The notes under the pieces were generated by a model. The model had not been told where the DNA came from and made no database searches. It worked only from the letters and a program-made list of their open reading frames with translations. Source: Dehalococcoidia bacterium (lineage in GTDB: Bacteria; Chloroflexota; Dehalococcoidia; Lucifugimonadales; UBA3495). Taken from it: a stretch of DNA of 64,000 nt. The DNA is taken from assembly GCA_022825745.1 (NCBI GenBank), contig JAJDWF010000085.1, positions 1,783 to 65,782 of the forward strand, given 5' to 3'. This document shows, one piece after another, positions 60,963 to 64,000 of the stretch. The stretch's first letter is position 1. Each line of letters starts with the position of its first letter. A program made the position numbers and the translations under genes.

Positions 60963-62018
60963 CTAGGCGGCCGCCAGCCGCCGCACCGTCCCGTTGACGC
61001 GGGACAGGGCTTCGTCCACGTCGGCGGATGAGATTTGCCGGTGGGTGACCATGCGCAGCGACTGCTCCCGGCTGTGGCTCACCAGCACGCCGTCCTCGCG
61101 CAGGGCGGCGATTACCGCTCGGGCCTCTCCCACCTTTTCGCGGTCAACCTCAAAGATGACGATGTTGGTATGGATGCTGTCCGGGTCCACTGTCAGCCCG
61201 TCGATGTTGGCGAGGCCGTTCGCCAGCCGGCGGGCGTTGGCGTGGTCGTCGGCCAACCGCTCTACCATGGTGTCCAGTGCCACCAGGCCGGCGGCGGCGA
61301 GAACTCCCGCCTGGCGCATTCCGCCGCCCACCATCTTCCGCCACTTGCGCGCGCGGGTGATGAACTCCTGGGAACCGCACAGCACGGACCCTACCGGGCA
61401 GGACAGCGCCTTGGACAGGCAGAAACTCACGTCGTCCACGTCTTTGGTCAGCTCGGCGGCGGGCACTTCCAGGGCTACTGCCGCGTTGAAAATGCGCGCC
61501 CCGTCCAGGTGGACCGCTGCGCCGGCAGCATGGGCGACCTCAACCACATCCTTCGTATCCTGGGGCGTCATTACCCCGCCGCTGCAGCGGTTGTGGGTGT
61601 TTTCCAAACAGACCAGGGTAGTGGCCGGCACGTGGATGTTGGAGGCGTCACGGATGGCCGCCTGCACGTCCTCAGGAGCGATGCGTCCGTTGGCGTCGTT
61701 GGGGACCAGGCGGACCTGGGCGCCGGACAGCGCCGTGGGGCCGCCGGACTCGTTCCAGAACATGTGGGCCTCCTGGCCCATGATCATCTCGTCGCCGCGG
61801 CTGCACCAGGCCAACGCGGCGATCAGGTTGCTCATGGTGCCGCTGGCGGTGAGCAGGCCGGCCTCCTGGCCCATCATCTCGGCGGCGCGTTCCTGCAGGG
61901 CATTGATCGTGGGGTCCTCGCCGAATACGTCGTCTCCGACTTCGGCCGCAGCCATCGCCCGACGCATCTCGTCAGTGGGGTGCGTGATGGTGTCGCTCCG
62001 CAGGTCGATAGCAGCCAT
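60963..62018 (-). CDS. ltaE: Low-specificity L-threonine aldolase (beta-eliminating lyase family)
   Basis: DLRSDT.T.PT..M..AM...VGDDV.GEDPT and the PLP-Lys context (CLSKAL). Confidence 0.85.
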   Translation of the reverse strand: MAAIDLRSDTITHPTDEMRRAMAAAEVGDDVFGEDPTINALQERAAEMMGQEAGLLTASGTMSNLIAALAWCSRGDEMIMGQEAHMFWNESGGPTALSGAQVRLVPNDANGRIAPEDVQAAIRDASNIHVPATTLVCLENTHNRCSGGVMTPQDTKDVVEVAHAAGAAVHLDGARIFNAAVALEVPAAELTKDVDDVSFCLSKALSCPVGSVLCGSQEFITRARKWRKMVGGGMRQAGVLAAAGLVALDTMVERLADDHANARRLANGLANIDGLTVDPDSIHTNIVIFEVDREKVGEARAVIAALREDGVLVSHSREQSLRMVTHRQISSADVDEALSRVNGTVRRLAAA

Positions 62019-62158
62019 GTCGCCTCCTCGGGGCAGTGGGGTAATTTCGTTGTGATGGGCGCCATTCTAGCACCAACCGGCCGGCGACACTACCGGCCCG
62101 CTGGCTGGCAAACCTGTTATGATAATTGCGGCGATTCAGACTGAACGGAGGGGCAATC

Positions 62159-62803
62159 ATGCGGCAGAGCGCGGTCAGCTTCATCACTAGGGGAATGACC
62201 TTTGAGGGCATTATCGCGCTGCCGGACGGCGAAGGCCCCTTTCCCGGCGTGGTGATGTGCCATCCCCATCCTTTAATGGGCGGCAACATGGACAATAACG
62301 TGGTGGTTGCCGTTACCTTCGGCCTGGCCGACGCCGGCATCGCCTCCCTGCGCTTCAACTTCCGTGGCGTTGGCAACAGCCAGGGCGAGCACGCCAAGGG
62401 CGAGAAGGAACATGAAGAAGCCCTCATGGCCATGGAATTCCTCGGCGCGCTGCCCGACGTGGACGACGACCGCATCGGGCTGGGCGGCTATTCGTTCAGC
62501 ACCCGCGTTATCTGCGCGCACAAGCAGCTTTACAAGAAACCCAGGGCCATCGCCCTGGTAGCCCCCTCCATCGATGCCATCACCGGCAGCCCGCTGCAGC
62601 AGGACAAGACCCCTCGCCTGATCATCACCGGCGACCGCGACCGGCTGGTAGCCGCCGAGGGAGTGGACGAGCAACTGGGGAAATTCGACCCGCCGGCCGA
62701 TTATCACGTGGTTGCCGGCGCTGACCATTTCTGGGTGGGGCGTGAGCGCGAAATGGCCGAGACCGTAGTGCAGTTCTTCCTGAAACATCTCGCCACTCCC
62801 TAG
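62159..62803 (+). CDS. Alpha/beta hydrolase (COG2945/dienelactone-hydrolase-like)
   Basis: CHPHPLMGGNMDNNVV and GYSFS nucleophile elbow. ATG at 62159 after GGAGGGG. Confidence 0.8.
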   Translation: MRQSAVSFITRGMTFEGIIALPDGEGPFPGVVMCHPHPLMGGNMDNNVVVAVTFGLADAGIASLRFNFRGVGNSQGEHAKGEKEHEEALMAMEFLGALPDVDDDRIGLGGYSFSTRVICAHKQLYKKPRAIALVAPSIDAITGSPLQQDKTPRLIITGDRDRLVAAEGVDEQLGKFDPPADYHVVAGADHFWVGREREMAETVVQFFLKHLATP

Positions 62804-62805
62804 AC

Positions 62806-63441
62806 ATGCTCCGATTTCCCAAAGGCCGCACGCCGATTTACAGGGACTGGACCCTCCTCCAACTCGCGGCGCTGGCGCTGGCGCTGGACCAGCTCACCAA
62901 ATTCGTCGTCCGGCAAACCCTGGAGTGGCATTATTCGTGGCCGGCGACGGGCTTTTTCCGGTTCACCCACGTCCACAATACGGGCAGCGCCTTCGGACTG
63001 TTCCAGGACCAGAATTTGCCTCTGCTCTTTGTATCCCTGGTTGGCGTCGTTGTGCTGGCGTACATCTACCAGAGCCAGGAGCGCCCCACCCGTCTGCTCC
63101 GCTTTAGCATTGCTCTGATGCTCGGCGGCGCGCTGGGCAACCTTATCGACCGGATACACCAGGGGCATGTGACGGACTTTATCGACGTCGGGCCCTGGCC
63201 GGTTTTCAACCTCGCTGATTCCGCCATCGTCGTCGGCCTGGTCATGATGGGCTGGCTGCTGGTGATGCAGCGGGATCAATCCAATGCGGCTGAAACATCG
63301 CCCGCCGCCGTCATGCAGGACAACGCGACCTGTCCGCTCTGCGACGGCCCGATGATCTCGCTGCCCAACGGGGCGAGGTGCGCCGATTGCGGTGTGCGCG
63401 AGCGGATTTTGGCCCGTCAGCATCAGGATTTACCGGATTAG
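62806..63441 (+). CDS. lspA: Lipoprotein signal peptidase II with a C-terminal zinc-ribbon extension
   Basis: LspA motifs NTGSAFG, GGALGNLIDR, DFIDV, FNLAD. These are followed by about 55 extra aa containing CPLC...CADC. Confidence 0.85.
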   Translation: MLRFPKGRTPIYRDWTLLQLAALALALDQLTKFVVRQTLEWHYSWPATGFFRFTHVHNTGSAFGLFQDQNLPLLFVSLVGVVVLAYIYQSQERPTRLLRFSIALMLGGALGNLIDRIHQGHVTDFIDVGPWPVFNLADSAIVVGLVMMGWLLVMQRDQSNAAETSPAAVMQDNATCPLCDGPMISLPNGARCADCGVRERILARQHQDLPD

Positions 63442-63455
63442 AGGATTTTCAGGAT

Positions 63456-64000
63456 TTGGGCGGCGACCGGTACGAGTTCATCGTAGGCGATATTCCGCAG
63501 TCCTCCCGCCTGGACGCCTGGCTGGCCGGACAACCGGAATTGGCCGAGGCCGGCCTGTCGCGCAGTCGCTTGCAGTGGCTGGCCGTTGACGGCAGCGTAA
63601 CCGTCAACGGAGCGCCGGCCCGTCCCTCTCAACGCCTGCGCCCGGGTGATGTCGTCATAGTCAGCGTACCGCCGGCCCGGATGCCGGAGGATCTAATCCC
63701 GCAGGATATTCCGCTGTCGATGGTCTATGAAGACGGCGACGTTGTTGTGGTGGACAAGCCGGCCGGGTTGCCGGTTCATCCCGGGCCGGGCCACCCGGAC
63801 GGCACGTTGGTTAACGCCCTGCTGGCGCGGTGTCCCGACATTCGCGGAATCGGAGGCGAACTTCGGCCCGGCATCGTGCACCGGCTCGATTTGGACACGT
63901 CCGGCCTGCTGGTGGTGGCCAAGACCCAACTTGCGCACCAGAATCTCACCGAGCAGATGAAGCGCCGCGAGATTCTCAAGGAATACGCGGCCGTCGCGGT
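63456..64000 (+). CDS. rluD: RluA/RluD-family 23S rRNA pseudouridine synthase (3' end truncated by the window edge)
   Basis: Frame-0 reading gives an S4-like domain (SRLDAWLA...VTVNG), then VVVDKPAGL.VHPG.GH..GTLVNALL and the catalytic GIVHRLD.DTSG. The ORF is absent from the track because it runs off the window. The TTG start at 63456 is provisional. Confidence 0.8.
   Translation, partial: MGGDRYEFIVGDIPQSSRLDAWLAGQPELAEAGLSRSRLQWLAVDGSVTVNGAPARPSQRLRPGDVVIVSVPPARMPEDLIPQDIPLSMVYEDGDVVVVDKPAGLPVHPGPGHPDGTLVNALLARCPDIRGIGGELRPGIVHRLDLDTSGLLVVAKTQLAHQNLTEQMKRREILKEYAAVA

Overview
High-GC bacterial chromosomal window, roughly two-thirds G+C by eye. It is densely coded and has about 55 credible protein genes plus one tRNA-Phe. 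I found no rRNA, CRISPR array, transposase, integrase or prophage genes. The style hints at a Chloroflexota-like or other high-GC monoderm-like organism: lipoprotein solute-binding proteins on long low-complexity tethers, frequent TTG/GTG starts and GGAGG ribosome-binding sites. That taxonomic guess is inference only. Most of the window is housekeeping or metabolism: gyrB-hpt, folK-folP, lspA-rluD, rarA, lhr, an exonuclease-fused dinG, ggt, the acyl-CoA carboxylase beta subunit, LLM oxidoreductases and aminotransferases. Many long ORFs in the six-frame track are antisense shadows typical of high-GC DNA, and I rejected them. Three neighbourhoods look accessory and are worth a second look. (1) 7.4-15.1 kb is a zinc-homeostasis island. 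It has a Fur/Zur-family regulator and a ZnuA-type binding protein carrying a ~400-aa beta-propeller (AztD-metallochaperone-like) inserted in its His-rich loop. It also has a SodC-like protein lacking a Cu ligand and the catalytic Arg, ZnuB, and a translationally coupled DUF3179 lipoprotein, but no ATPase. Next to these sit a 79-aa HCHxH-repeat His/Cys protein and a CDF exporter with a ~118-aa poly-His/Asp N-terminus. A shared AT-rich operator-like motif lies upstream of both the import and the export genes. (2) 42.8-46.7 kb is a tight co-directional four-gene cluster: an orphan beta-class DNA methyltransferase, an MJ0619/Tes (GDGT-MAS)-like radical SAM enzyme, a CC-motif SAM methyltransferase and a divergent PlsY-family acyltransferase. 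It is a candidate lipid-modification (or organometalloid) system. (3) 32.3-38.8 kb, next to tRNA-Phe, holds a 1,554-aa secreted protein with duplicated GLUG-repeat modules and plant-type LRR modules, a Uma2 endonuclease, and a 460-bp gene-free region with REP-like hairpins. All family assignments come from motif recognition by eye. No database search was run.
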